Below are positions 36,394 to 48,398 of a stretch of 64,000 nt of DNA, piece by piece (the first letter of the stretch is position 1; every line of letters begins with the position of its first letter). Below the pieces are notes generated by a model. The model ran no database searches and was not told the origin of the DNA. It saw nothing but the letters and a program-made list of their open reading frames with translations. Both the position numbers and the translations under genes were made by a program. The DNA is from Camelus dromedarius (Eukaryota), in the NCBI RefSeq assembly GCF_036321535.1, contig NC_087437.1, forward strand, positions 112,098,001 to 112,162,000. The letters run 5' to 3'.

Positions 36394-37964
36394 AGGACTG
36401 CAGTCACCCCGGAAGTTAAGAGTGAGGGGACCACCGTCCTGGCTTCTCTTACTCCCGCCCTCTCCGAAGGCTCTGTGACCGTCCCTGCCAGCCCCTCACC
36501 ACTGCTGCACCCAGGGCGGGCCGACGGTTGTAATGCCAGCATCTGTGTCCTCACAGAAAGAGCAGGAAGACCAATTGCTGCACACAAAGGCCTGAAGTGC
36601 CCGTGTGAAAGGTCAGTAAGTACTGTCATCTGGGCCAGGGAGGGGCCGGGAGGCGGTGCCCAAGAGAACAACAGACCAGGGGCAGGATCTTAACCTCGGC
36701 CAGTGGCCTGGGCTGCTGGGGGTGGGGGGAGGGGCAGAGACTCTCAAGTAGGACTTGGGAGTGAGGACAGCCTATGGGATGAGAGGCGCCCCGCCCGGCC
36801 CACAGGCCTCCGTGACCCTGCTGGGAGGCGGAAGCTCTCATTCATTCCCCAGGCTGGGCAGGTGGTGGAGTGGCCCAAAAGGAGAGAGGAAGCAGGAGGA
36901 CCAGCCCCGGGGACACTCCAGGCTCTGAGATGAGGCCCCACCCGTGCTCTTCCTACTGGGGGAAGTCAAGACTGTTCTCTGGGGAACCTCGTGAAACACG
37001 GTTTGATGAAATCTGGAACTACTCAACATACTATGTGGTGTCGAGTTCAATACCATTTAATACCACATTTGAGTATATAAATAAGGCAAGGAATTAAGAA
37101 AAAGAAAACGGAAGCTGAAAATGTAAAATGGAACAAGGGGAAAGAGCTGCTCACTTGCCCAGTCATCTCAGGGAGTAGGGGGCAGGCACCGCCGTCTGTC
37201 ATTTCCCTTACGACACTCCAGTGTAGCCCAACTCATTGAGCGCTCCAGATCCTTCCTCCCACCATCCTGGGTCCTCCCGCTCCTTCCCATCTCTGTGGAT
37301 GGAACCACCACCCAAATGACTACGCAAGCCTTCTCAACAACCTTCCCTCACTCACCTTAGAACAAATTTGAAATGATCTCCCTGAGGCATTAAAGTTTCA
37401 TTAGCCTTTTCCTTGTTTTGAAGAGTAGAAAGGATGCCATTTGTGTCTTAAGGCTTAAGAAAATTCCAGGGCTAATAGCATAGGATATAATTTGAATTTT
37501 TAATCAAATGTTTTGCATTTCCATGATAGAGATTCTGTTGGGGCCATTATCCAAGGACCTATCTTGATTTTCCGTCTGACCCAGGATTTATGGTATTTCT
37601 TGGATCTTGATTTAAATAGGAGGAGATAATTTATGGAAGACGCTTAAATCACTGTCAGCCCTAGGCCGCCTGGTCTTTTCAGGATATAACCAATGGGCCC
37701 TTACAATCTCTGCAAATATTAAACCACATGATAATTACTGAATAAAATCAGTAAGAATTTTTTGAGGTGGAAAAAATGACAAGGAGATACATGAAGTAGA
37801 ATTCCTGGGGAAGAATAAAGCAAGAACTTTCAGATTTAGGGATTATTTTCATAGGTTTGGGTTTCTTTAAAAAACAAAATCTATCTGAAAAGATGTCACC
37901 AGGGCAAAGAGGAAGTAAAAGACATGATCAAGCCTTTCATAGATAGATAAAGAAAAACGTACAT

Positions 37965-38072
37965 GAGGAGGGTGTAGCTCAGTGGCAGGTGGGTGCTTAG
38001 CGTGCATGAGGTCCTGGGTTCGGTCCCCAGTACCTCCACTGAATGAATGAATGAATGCATGAATAAATAAAT
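37965..38072 (+). mobile_element. tRNA-Ala-derived SINE (Vic-1-like) with (GAAT)n/(AAAT)n tail
   Basis: GAGGAGGGTGTAGCTCAGTGGCAGGTGGGTGCTTAGCGTGCATGAGGTCCTGGGTTCGGTCCCCAGTACCTCCA. Degenerate duplication AAGAAAAACGTACATG / AAGAATAATGTAGATG. Confidence 0.88.
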
Positions 38073-38474
38073 AAGAATAATGTAGATGTCAGCTCTATGA
38101 TAAATGGACTAAAAGAGTAAAATTTACACCCTGCCAGGTTTTTCTTTATTGGGTCTATTGATCTTAAGGGGCTCTGGGCTGAAGACTGATCATTCTCTCA
38201 GCTGCAAAGAAAAAAACTCTGTTCCATCTAGACTCAAGCACTCAGTTCCTAAGTTATTGGAAAAGAACTTCAAGAAGAATAAGATTTGGGTATTTTGCCA
38301 AGATTTTGTACAAGCATTAGTCTCTTCCTTGAAATTTTTTTCAGAATTAACAGAGAAATAGCCACAATGTCGATATCATCTCCGAATGAGATATGGTCTA
38401 GAACCCATCAACCCAAGTTGACGATTCTTCCTTTTTGAAAGAGAATTAGTGTGAGGCAATGTGCTCCGGATTCT

Positions 38475-38640
38475 TGTTTTCAAATTTCACCTTCACTTCT
38501 TACTAGCTCTGTGACGCTGGGCAAGTTACTGAACCTCTCTGAATTTCCATTTCCTCATCTATAAAATGGTTACAGTTAGACCAACATCATAGGTGTATGG
38601 TTAGGATCAAGCGGCATCAAATGTAAAAGTACTTGGCATA
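38475..38640 (+). mobile_element. MIR SINE
   Basis: CTTACTAGCTCTGTGACGCTGGGCAAGTTACTGAACCTCTCTG...TTTCCTCATCTATAAAATGG core. Confidence 0.8.
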
Positions 38641-39169
38641 TCGTCAATATTAAATAAATCTTAATTTTCTTCTTAATTTTTTCTTTGATTATAGTATATA
38701 AGCTTTAATGATCATCCCTCTTGTAAACATTTTAAGAATAACATTGAAAATTTGCTAAAAGGTGCCCATAATGAAAGGAATCATTTAAAACTTCTACTAT
38801 TTGCATGAGATTTTGCACATTCACAGCATTTCACAACTGCAGCATGCCCATTCTCTGAGGTCCCGTGGGTTTTCTGTAACCCCCTGCTGGCTTCATAGTT
38901 GAGTAAACTGAGGCATGAAGTGACATATAGAAGGTCGTCACCATTAACAACAGAACAGCCACCATGCATGCAGAAGAGCACTCCAGGGAGCCAAACCTAT
39001 TAGCCAGAATATTGGAACCACTAGCTCCTACATATAAGCAAGACTGGACCAGCAAGAGCCAAGTGAATGCAAGACTGAATCCCAAGGATGTTTTTTTAAG
39101 TGATCAGTGGTCTAGCTTTATCATTGGACCAGGATTTATCACAGTCCTACTATGAATCTAAATCTCAGC

Positions 39170-39480
39170 AATAAACAAGAAAAGCATGCATTATGTCTCA
39201 TGGAGCTTACATTTTAGCAGGGAAGACAGATATTAAGCAACTAGCTAGACAGTTAATTTTTTACTGAATTCCTATGTGATTAACTACCAAGACAGTGCAC
39301 ACACAGAACGGGGCAATTTCACATGGTCTGGAAGGTCTGGGGGTGTGCTCTGGGGAAGCTGTGTTTGATGTAAACAATGAAGAATGAGTAGGGCTTAACT
39401 AGATAAAGTATGTGTGCTGTGCGGGTGCTGGGAGTAAAAGAGTGTTCCATGCAGAGGGCACAGCCATGCAGAGCCTCGAG
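39170..39480 (-). mobile_element. LINE-2 fragment
   Basis: CTCATGGAGCTTACATTTTAGCAGGGAAGACAGA...AAGAATGAGTAGG...GAGTGTTCCATGCAGAGGGCACAGCCATGCAGAG. Confidence 0.65.
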
Positions 39481-39772
39481 GCAGGACGCAGCAGGGAATG
39501 CTTGAGGGACTGAGAGTCCCATGGGATGGATTTGAGATGAAGCTGTTGAGGGAGTTAGGTGCATGTCACAGAATGTGCATTTTTATCCCAAAAGTCACGC
39601 AGCCACAGTGGCGAAGCCAGAGCAAATTAATGCATCTGAGTACATTGGTCACGGAGAACTGGAACTCACTCCTCCCCAGGATAAAACATATTGGTTGGCT
39701 CAATTTTATTTTAGTAAATGGTTGCCCAGTTTAGATGAGCCACTAGTCAAAAAATTATGGCATTGGTGCAAC

Positions 39773-40252
39773 TCGGATGGCCCTTGAGATCATTACGCTA
39801 AGTGGGTAAGTCAGAGAGAAAAAGGTGAATAGTGTATTATCTCACTTATATGTGGAATCTAAAATAAGAACCAACCAACCAAACAAACAAACAAACCAGA
39901 ACTCAGATACAGAGAAAAAGTTGGTGGTTGCCAGAGGTGGCAGGTGAGTGAAATAGGTGAAGATGGTCAAAAGGTACAAACTTCCAGTTACAAAATAAGT
40001 CCTGGGGATGTAATATACAGCATGGTGACTATAGTTAATAATACCACATAATAATAATGTAATGTATATTTGAAAGTTGCTAAGAGAGTAGATCTTAAAG
40101 TTCTCATCACAAGGGAAAAAATACGTTAACTATGTGTGGTGACGGACGTTAAGTAGACTTATTGTGATCGTTTTGCAATATATACAAATATCAAATCATT
40201 ATGTTGTAAACCTGAAACTAATATGTCAATTATATTTCAATTAAAAAAAAAA
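39773..40252 (+). mobile_element. LINE-1 3' end (L1MA9-like)
   Basis: CTCACTTATATGTGGAATCTAAAA, GGTCAAAAGGTACAAACTTCCAGTTA, TACAGCATGGTGACTATAGTTAATAATAC, GAAAGTTGCTAAGAGAGTAGATCTTAAAGTTCTCATCAC, poly-A end. Confidence 0.88.
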
Positions 40253-40429
40253 CATTATTAACTACCAGCCCCTTTCCCCCAGTAACTAAACTTTTTTCCG
40301 TTCTTGTTCACCTTGAATTCTGTATGTGTAAGTCTAAAGTTAAGCCCATTTTTCAGATGCTCACCATTGAGTAGTAGAGGCCCTAAACATCATGCAGAGC
40401 TGACTGTGGAGAACTCAGCTACTCAAACT

Positions 40430-40612
40430 TTGAGTCCTCAAACTTTGCTGCATATTAGACTATCAGGAGAGCTTCTGAAACTCAGATACCAGGCGCCACC
40501 CGAGGCTAATTAAATCAGACTCTTTGTGGGGTGGGAGCCTGGCATTGGGTTTTTTTGTTTGTTTGTTTAACTGAGTAGGTGATTGAACTGTGAAGCCAAA
40601 TTTGAGAAGCTG
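40430..40612. mobile_element. MER5A-like MITE
   Basis: CTCAAACTTTGCTGCATATTAGA...AATTAAATCAGACTCT..GGGGTGGGAGCCTGGCAT...AGGTGATT...TTTGAGAA. Confidence 0.7.
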
Positions 40613-40799
40613 TGAACCAAGAGGCCCTTCTAGGTGATTCTATCCTTCTCCCAAGTGGGAGGAAAAAAACAAGTAGCAGTGACAATCCCTTCAAAGGATT
40701 CAGGACTTTCTTTTAGCCAAAGAAAAAACAAATAAACGAAGGGCCAATAACCCACAAACCCCACATGTCTCTTCCAGGCTCCGCAATTCCTTTCCGCTG

Positions 40800-41320
40800 A
40801 GGGCATTTCTGGAGGCTGGGACAAGCTGGGCCCGGACAGGTCCTCACTCCCCCAGGCTCTGGTCCATCTTTGAGACCGGCGGGCCGCCGACTGCCTCTCG
40901 GGTAGGGGGAGGTGTGAGCTGCGCGCACCAGCAGGCGGCCCGCATCCCCACCGCGAGGAGGAGCCGGGTGAGCCCCGGTTCCCGCGCCCCAGCGCCCGCC
41001 ACGCAGGTGCATTCGGGCATCTGCACGGTCCCTGCTCCGGGACATCTGGCTGAGCAGCGCCTCCCCCTGCCTACTTCCTCCGCCCGCCCGCCCCTCCCTC
41101 CCCACCCTTCCCTTGTTTGGGGCAGTAAGGTCAGAAGTGTTCAACAGTTCGACGTGGGAAGTCTCCCTGAGGAAGTGCCGGGTCATAAATTTCATCCAAC
41201 AAGAGGTCCCATCAAGCTCAGGCGTTAGGAAACCTCCCAGCCACTAACCGCCAGCGCGGCTGCAGCGCTCAGGCTCCCGGGCGCCAGAGCGCAGGCGGGG
41301 CTGGGCTAGGGCCCAGAGCT
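40800..41320. promoter_or_regulatory. Orphan CpG-rich patch about 29 kb downstream of the OLIG1 start
   Basis: GC/CpG-dense sequence (CCGGCGGGCCGCCGA, GCGCGC, CCCGCGCCCCAGCGCCCGCC) with no recognisable ORF or repeat. Confidence 0.6.
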
Positions 41321-42039
41321 GATGCAGGGTCCAGGAGCCGAGGGCCATGTTTGTGAGTGCCTGTGTATGCGTGTCCCTCTGCCTCTGAGTATTGGCTGGC
41401 TTTCTTACAAACCTTTCTTTCCACACATTGGAAGAGGGTAGTGGAGATTCTTCTTACATCGGACAGGTGTGTTAAACCTCATCTGGATGGTTTCAAGCCT
41501 CAAGTTCAGGCCATGTGTTCAGGAAAGAAAATACCTGAATGAGCATAATGATGTTGCATGCTGTATTACATACCTTGCCATCTGAATGTGATGATGGTAC
41601 CCAGCCGAGGGTTAAAGACAGTTTCTAGTCCCAGCCCTGGCTGTGTGACCCTGAGCCAGTCACTGTCTCTGATCTCCATTCCCCGCTGTGGACCAAGGGA
41701 GTTGGAGGGTCAGGTGGGAGATTGCTAGGTCCCCTTGGGGTCTAAGCCTCATGGTCTTTGCCCTCCTCCTCCATGCAGCACCAGCAAGGCAAAGGAAGGG
41801 TCACATCACATTCAGCCTCCATCCTCCTGTTGTTTGCTCAAGGAAACCTGCCCTGGGATTGGCACTCTGGCTCTGCTGGACAGCTCGGGGTATCCTGGGG
41901 AAACTGATTTGGAGATTCACTCCTGGCACTTCCACTACAGTCATAAAGTAATGCTCCAGTCCCTTGAAGAGTCTGGAGACTCCCAGGGCGATCATACCCA
42001 TTGCTATGATGTACGCTGTTCTAACATACAACGTAAACT

Positions 42040-42190
42040 AACTTACTTGAGCCTCACGATGGCCCTTGAGGTAGATACTAAGATTTGCCCAGCTTCACAG
42101 ACGGGGAAACTGATGTGCAGGAGCCTTAAGTAATTTGCCTAAAATCATACTGCAGTTAAGTGGCAGAGAGGAGACTTGAACCCCTGCAGC
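42040..42190 (-). mobile_element. MIR SINE
   Basis: TGAGGTAGATACTA...TTCACAGACGGGGAAACTGA...TTAAGTAATTTGCCTAAAATCATAC..TAAGTGGCAGAG. Confidence 0.75.
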
Positions 42191-45100
42191 CAGTTCCGAA
42201 ACCTGTACTCCAAGTGGTGAGAGGCACAGAGAGCGACCTCGGACCCTCTGAAGAGACAACACTCTGTCTTGGGGACTGAGTGAGATGTTCGAGGCCTTCA
42301 AGAGAACAGGAAACCAGGCCAGGAGAGCAGGCAGGGTGAGGGCCCAGCTGGCTGCCTGGCTGGCCCTGCCGGAGAGGGTGAGTCCTTGGGGCATTACGTC
42401 TACTGAAAGTCCTTCGACTCAGATTTTCCATCAGGGCCCAGAAGGACCATTTGGGGACAGCTGACCCCTGGGGGGATCAAAGTTGCCAACCAGAGAAGCT
42501 TCACCCTTTAGACAGAAATGAAAAATCCCCTTTAGGGCCTGAATAATCTGGGGAAAAAATTAGAAATATAGGCTAATCCCAGATCTTAGAGCACACCAAT
42601 GGGACACGTGGCTCATTATCTGTAAATATAAGGAACCCTTAAAAGAATAAGCCATTCTTGTCATGGGTGTTGAGTTTTGAAGGCTTTTGCCTGAAACTTC
42701 TGTATTCTTAAGACAAAATAATTCTTTTTGTGGGGTGCAAGGTCAAGACAGAAACCCTTATAAAATCAGAAGCAGCAGCCATATGGCCCGTCGTGTTCCG
42801 TGCACACTGACGCTGTTGCCTTGTGCACCATGCACAGGGCTCTATTAATTTGTCTTCTTACACCAAACTTCTGCCAGTTCCTCTGTTTTCTGTCTGCCCA
42901 GTCTGTCAGAACTGGCAGGGTTTTGCCCGGTTTATCTGGCAAAATTTGTGCAGATTTATTCCAAGTGGCCAAGCAAATGCAGCTGCCTCTGTGGCCTTCT
43001 AATAATTCAGCCACCTTTGAATCTTTAACTGGAAACATCTCCACTCCAAAGAACACCCGCAGTAGGTATCAAGCAGCAATGCCTCTTAAATGGTTCCTTG
43101 CAGCACAGAAGGGTAGGACCTCTGGTTGTCCCCATAGAGAAGTGTGGGTGCATCAGCTCATCCCGGGGAGCCCATTTCTATCTGATGTGTGACTGAGTGG
43201 CTTCCAACCCTTAAACACTAGTGCATCAGCTTCCCTGCAAAACTGGGAACAGAAGATTCGCCTGAGCCTGTGTTTCCCTACCTGGAATGTGGGGCAATGT
43301 AATTCTAACTGGGGGATGCTTTCTGTATGGAATAATGCTATATGATGACTTGCTAAACACAGAGAAAGAGAGAGGGAAAGAGAGAATGAATAACCGGGAG
43401 TAAAAATGCCACAATCTCATGGCCTCCACGCCAAGGCCTCCACGCCAAACTGGTGCCGATCCAGTTTCTCCCCAAAATGAATAGTGAAGTTTCTGAATTC
43501 ACTCTGGCTGCCACTGAAAGCCCCTGCTTTTCCCGTGGCTGCAGGAGGCTCCGAACCGGGTGGGGAGGGGTGGGGGTGGGGAGGAGTGCTGGGCGCTAAG
43601 CTCCATCCTGGCTTCACATAAAGGAAGCAAAATCAAAACCCAAGCCTGGAAAAAAAAAACCCACAAAATTTAATTGGCTAGGAAACAGGATTCCTGGGGC
43701 CTCTGCTTTCTCAGCTTCCAGAGAAGGATTTAGGCAGGGGCACTTCCCCGCCCTCAGGATAAAAAAAAAAAAGGATTAAATTCGGGTTTGGTCTGGCCAG
43801 AGCAAATTGCATGCAGAGCATACAGTTACTTTGCATATTGCATGTGCTTTCACGGAGAAGGAAGGGGGCGGGGGCAGGATACTAACAAGGAGGAAAAACT
43901 AAAAACAACTTGCTGTTTTCATATGGTGGGCGAAAACTGTTTTGTCTCTGTCACTGTGCAGAATGTCAATGGTGGGCACCATGTCGTGACAAGATTTTTT
44001 TTTTTTTTTTTTTTTTTTTGCTTTAAGCTAAACTCACACCCGAGCCGCCGTAGCCCCCGAGGTACTGCAGCTTTAATTGTGTTCAGTATGATCTACCGAA
44101 CAATATGTCTTGATCAATCTGAATGACCATCCAGCGCCTGGTTCCCCTTGGCATTGCTGCAAAGCCAGCCTCGCTTTAGTGAACCCGTTCAGGAATGTGG
44201 GTTAATTCGGCCGACCCTTTTTACCCCCACAGCTCTGTTTTTGTGAGGTTGGCAGAAACTGACACATTTTCTTTTGCTTAATTAAGTTGTTCAGTAGAAG
44301 GCTGGTCAAACAGTTGCATCTACGTGGGGAGTCTGCCCATACACAGAAAGCCGTGGGCGTTTCCAACATAAAAAGGGGGATTCTGTTATTGTTTGGGTGT
44401 AGACGGGTCATTTTTTCAAAGTTACTGCTGCCTGAGTGACCACAACCCTGCACACAGCCCTGAAAAGACATTAAAGCTGGTTAAATACAACTACCTTGGG
44501 TTCTGAAGTGTATTTTAAAAAGAGGGAGCAAGCCAGAGAGAAACCAAACTGTCGCATTTATGTGGCATTTTATTTCTTTCTGGCTTTCCCTTTTTAAAAA
44601 AAAAAAAAATGGCAAACAGTGGGCTCATTTAAATGAGAGATGAAGTACATTATGAATTACAGCTGGTATGAAGAAACGCTCTTTCCACTTGGTGAAAACT
44701 GGTGCCCAGGGAACATGCCTTGGCACTGAGGAGTGGGACCCAGTCACCTGTCTGCCAGGCGTTGGGGCTGGGAAAATCCATCCACGGCCTCCCAGCCGAT
44801 GACATTCTGGCTTTCATTCCTCGCTGATGTTATGACAACCACAAACAATATCTGTCTCATGGAGATTCAGAGGAAGAGAAGACCCGCCCGATGGGAGGTT
44901 TCCCTCATCACATCTCCATCCCTTCTCAAAACTTCCTTTATTTCCAGTTTAAATCATCTTTATCTTTCATATACACATGCCCCGGATTCTGTGGATATCT
45001 GGTCCCACTGAGAGTTTTCCTTATTGCACGTATTATGTGATATAATTAACAGGAGATGTGGATGGATCTTGACCTGGGCTTGGGGGTCCTATTTTTAATG

Positions 45101-48100
45101 ATGACATGACCCTGAGTGAGTTCTCCTCTATACCTTCTGGCCTCAGTTTACCCATAACAGCAGATGCCTAGTGCTGGGGACTTAGCAGGCATCTGATGTA
45201 CCTTTCTGAGCTAGCTTGCCCTCTTTCCCTCTGCGATAAATCAGTCGCTGGAGAACCTCTGTTACCACAATCCCTTGACTTGACACCATCTTGCCGTTTG
45301 TTTTCAATACCAAGATGTTTATCAGTTACGCATCCCCAGCTCTAGGTGATCTGTCAGCCTCTTGGTTACGCATCAGGGTTCTGATCCAGGCCGCTCGAAG
45401 GATGTCAGTTGTCAGTCTCAGCACAGAGAACTCACGTCTGCTTTAAAAGCCACGCACTCATATCTTCCACCAGGTCCCAGAATAGCAGCTTTGGGAAAGC
45501 CCAAAGATACGCTTTTTCCTTTTAGAGAGGGAAAGGACTGGAGGGTCACCTTAAGAGTCTTCACTGGATTTTTTTTTTTTTTTTGCTTCTTTTCATAGAC
45601 AAGAAAGGATGGGCAACTATTTGATGGATTGAAGTTGCATGAATGGCAAAATGATTCTTTAGGGGGAGAAAAAAACACTTTGGAGTCTAAATTTCTTGGA
45701 TCAGCAGTCTACACCAACATCAGTTACTTGTTTGTTACGAGCAATGCCTGCTTACTCCCAGAGTGGTTCTAGACACCATGGTCTTGTGTTTAGGCTGTGT
45801 ATGTTCAGGTGCCCCCCAATACACAAGAAGATGCCCGTATGTCAAAGTCCTTCTAACCTGCAAGCAGAGAGGGTGGGGGCTTTAGAAGTTCTTATTCATG
45901 CAACCATTCCCAAGATGACTTGTTCTTCTAGGGGATCAAAGTCCAGCTGCACAAAAAATGCAAAATGCTTTCCCTAGTGCTGGTGGCAGATGTTTAAGGA
46001 CCACGTAGAACATCGGTGGGCAGTGTCCCTGCCTTACTCCTCTCTCCTGGAACAGCGTTCGTCCACCCGTCCTGCGCTGGTTGGGTCACTTTCCTTACCT
46101 TCAAAAAGGCCAAATTCAAAACTACACAGTCCCACATACAATCTTTCCCTAACAACTGACTGGCTGGCCCCAGCATCTCTTGAAGAGAGGGGTTGTCAGA
46201 GGCCAGCAGAGGCCTGAGCAGATGGGAGCCGAGATGGCCAGGCCGCCAGTGGATGGGAGAGCTGGGCCGCCTGGCAGTCTTCCCACAGTCTGGAGGTGGT
46301 TTGTGTGTGCCTGGCAATTCGGTTCCCACTCGAGGTGGCGGGCTCTCTCCCCCTTTCCAATTCCCTGACAGCCCGGGCAGATTTTTCTTAAAATCCAGGA
46401 CACACTACCGTTCAAAGTCGCCAAGTTCCAGCTGCTAGAGAGAGCCGGCCTTTCGCTCTGCTGCCCCAGCACCGACATTATGCCTTTACACCCAGGGAAA
46501 CAGAAGGCCTTCCTCGAGGCGGGCAAGCCCACAAGAGTTCGGATGCTGCCACTTGGGTCCTGGAGACAGAGGGGAGGACTCACAAGGGCTGGCCCGGAGC
46601 CATCCCACTATCCCTGGCACTCACAGTTCCACATGGAGCTCTGCGGCTCTTCAGGACAAAGAGGAGCGTTTTTATCAGCCCAGCGTTCTGCTGACAAATG
46701 CATAATCAACTGACAGAAAGCGACCAAGCAGCATTTCAAAACCCCCAGTTACGGGGAGGCCGAGCCCAAGCGGGGATGGTCACTTTCTGCAGGTGTTCGG
46801 CCAGTGTCCCTTCATTTGCATGTATTTGCATAGACTGTCAAACAGTTGGCTGACAGAGAGTCTGAGGAGGTCTGGACACAGCCCAAACCTGTCAGTGGCT
46901 TTCTCCTTGCCAGTCAAGGTTGGCTTGGGCTGCAATTAAAGCAGGAAATGAAGACTTCTGACATTGCAATATACCCAGCCACAGCTGGGCGAAGTTAAAC
47001 GGAAGCGTGTGCTTCATTTAGACAGACAAGATGCAGACTGGGGGTGGGTGAGGGGAGAGAAGAAAGAAAGGGAGGTGGATAGCGGTCAATGCTCAGAAAG
47101 CAACTTTCTAAATGCATTCTTCAAAAGGAGAGAAATCGGCTGTAATCCTTCTGTGTCGCCGTGCTGTGTTGTTTGTTGTTGTTGTTTGGAGTGAGCAGAT
47201 TCTCCCACCTCTGCCCCGCCCCGTGGTGTGAGGCCATCAGCTTGTGAAAGGAGCTTGCCAGACACTGCACCTATCCTCAGCCATGGGGCATCATCTCAGG
47301 CGGCAGGGAGGGAGGAACCACATCCCGAAACTGCCTTTCCGTAGCCCGCTCTCTCTCATGTAAGGCTCCACTGTACTCTCCGGGGCTGACAAATAGGTGG
47401 CAGGACTTGGGAGGGGGTGAGAAAGTTGGAGGAGGCCAGGCACAGGCCTCATGTTGTTCCCCAATCTCGATGCCCGAGGATTACAGATCATATTAGCATA
47501 CGGATTGCGGTGGGAAAGAAACAAAAATCAGAGCCTTGGCTACTGTAAAAAAGTCGATGGGGGCGGAGAGGGAAGAAAGCCATCAGAAAGGTGGCGGGGG
47601 TGGTTTTTAAGAACCCATGAGATTTATATTTGGGGAGGCCTGCATCCTTCTGAGATGTTGTTTCAGATTCTTTAAGCGAGACCTAACAATTTATTAAATA
47701 CTTCATCTCTCAACAGTGGTGGGCACTAGAGTTTCATGAGCAGGAGACAATAGATTCTGTTTATTCACCAACAATACAGACACTGTTTAGCTCTGGACTG
47801 CAAGTGGCTGAGCCATCTGGCTCATATCTCCACAGTAAAACATTGTCTGTGACACAAAAAATGACTACATCCCCAGGACAAACTAGTGTGACCTCTAAAT
47901 AAAGCCTTCCTCTGAAGCTATGATATCACACAGCACAGGGGACACCAGCACAATTGAATCTGGTCACCAAAAGCCCAAGTGAGATAGGACTATGTAAATG
48001 GAATTTTATAGGAGACTTTTTGTCCTCTGTGGCAAACCATCCAGATCCGTCCACAGCACTGAAACATCTTTTTCATTCACCCCCGGGACAACAGTGCGGT

Positions 48101-48379
48101 TCTATTTGGGGATTGGCAGCCCTCTTTCCCCAGCGCCCGACCCAGGAAGCACACGTCGTGTCCAGAGGCGGCACCTGCAGCCGCTGCTTCCAACAACATT
48201 TCACTGATGGGGGCCCCACCTGCACCAGCCTTTTTTTCTGGTATTTCGGAAACAAGCAGCCCTTTCTCCTCCCTGCCAGGGAGAGGGCCCAAGTTTGCCA
48301 GCTTCTTCACAAATAGCCGAACAAGTCACTCGCAGCATTGCGCCACCTGAATGCCCGCTTTACTGGGCAAACAAGTGCG

Positions 48380-48398
48380 CACACACACACACACACAC
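48380..48398. repeat. Short (CA)n microsatellite
   Basis: CACACACACACACACACAC directly visible. Confidence 0.9.

Noticed and set aside
44305..46848. Identical 12-mer GTCAAACAGTTG in two candidate enhancer blocks (44305-44316 and 46837-46848)
   Set aside because: On the order of 100 repeated 12-mer pairs are expected by chance in 64 kb, so it is not significant alone.
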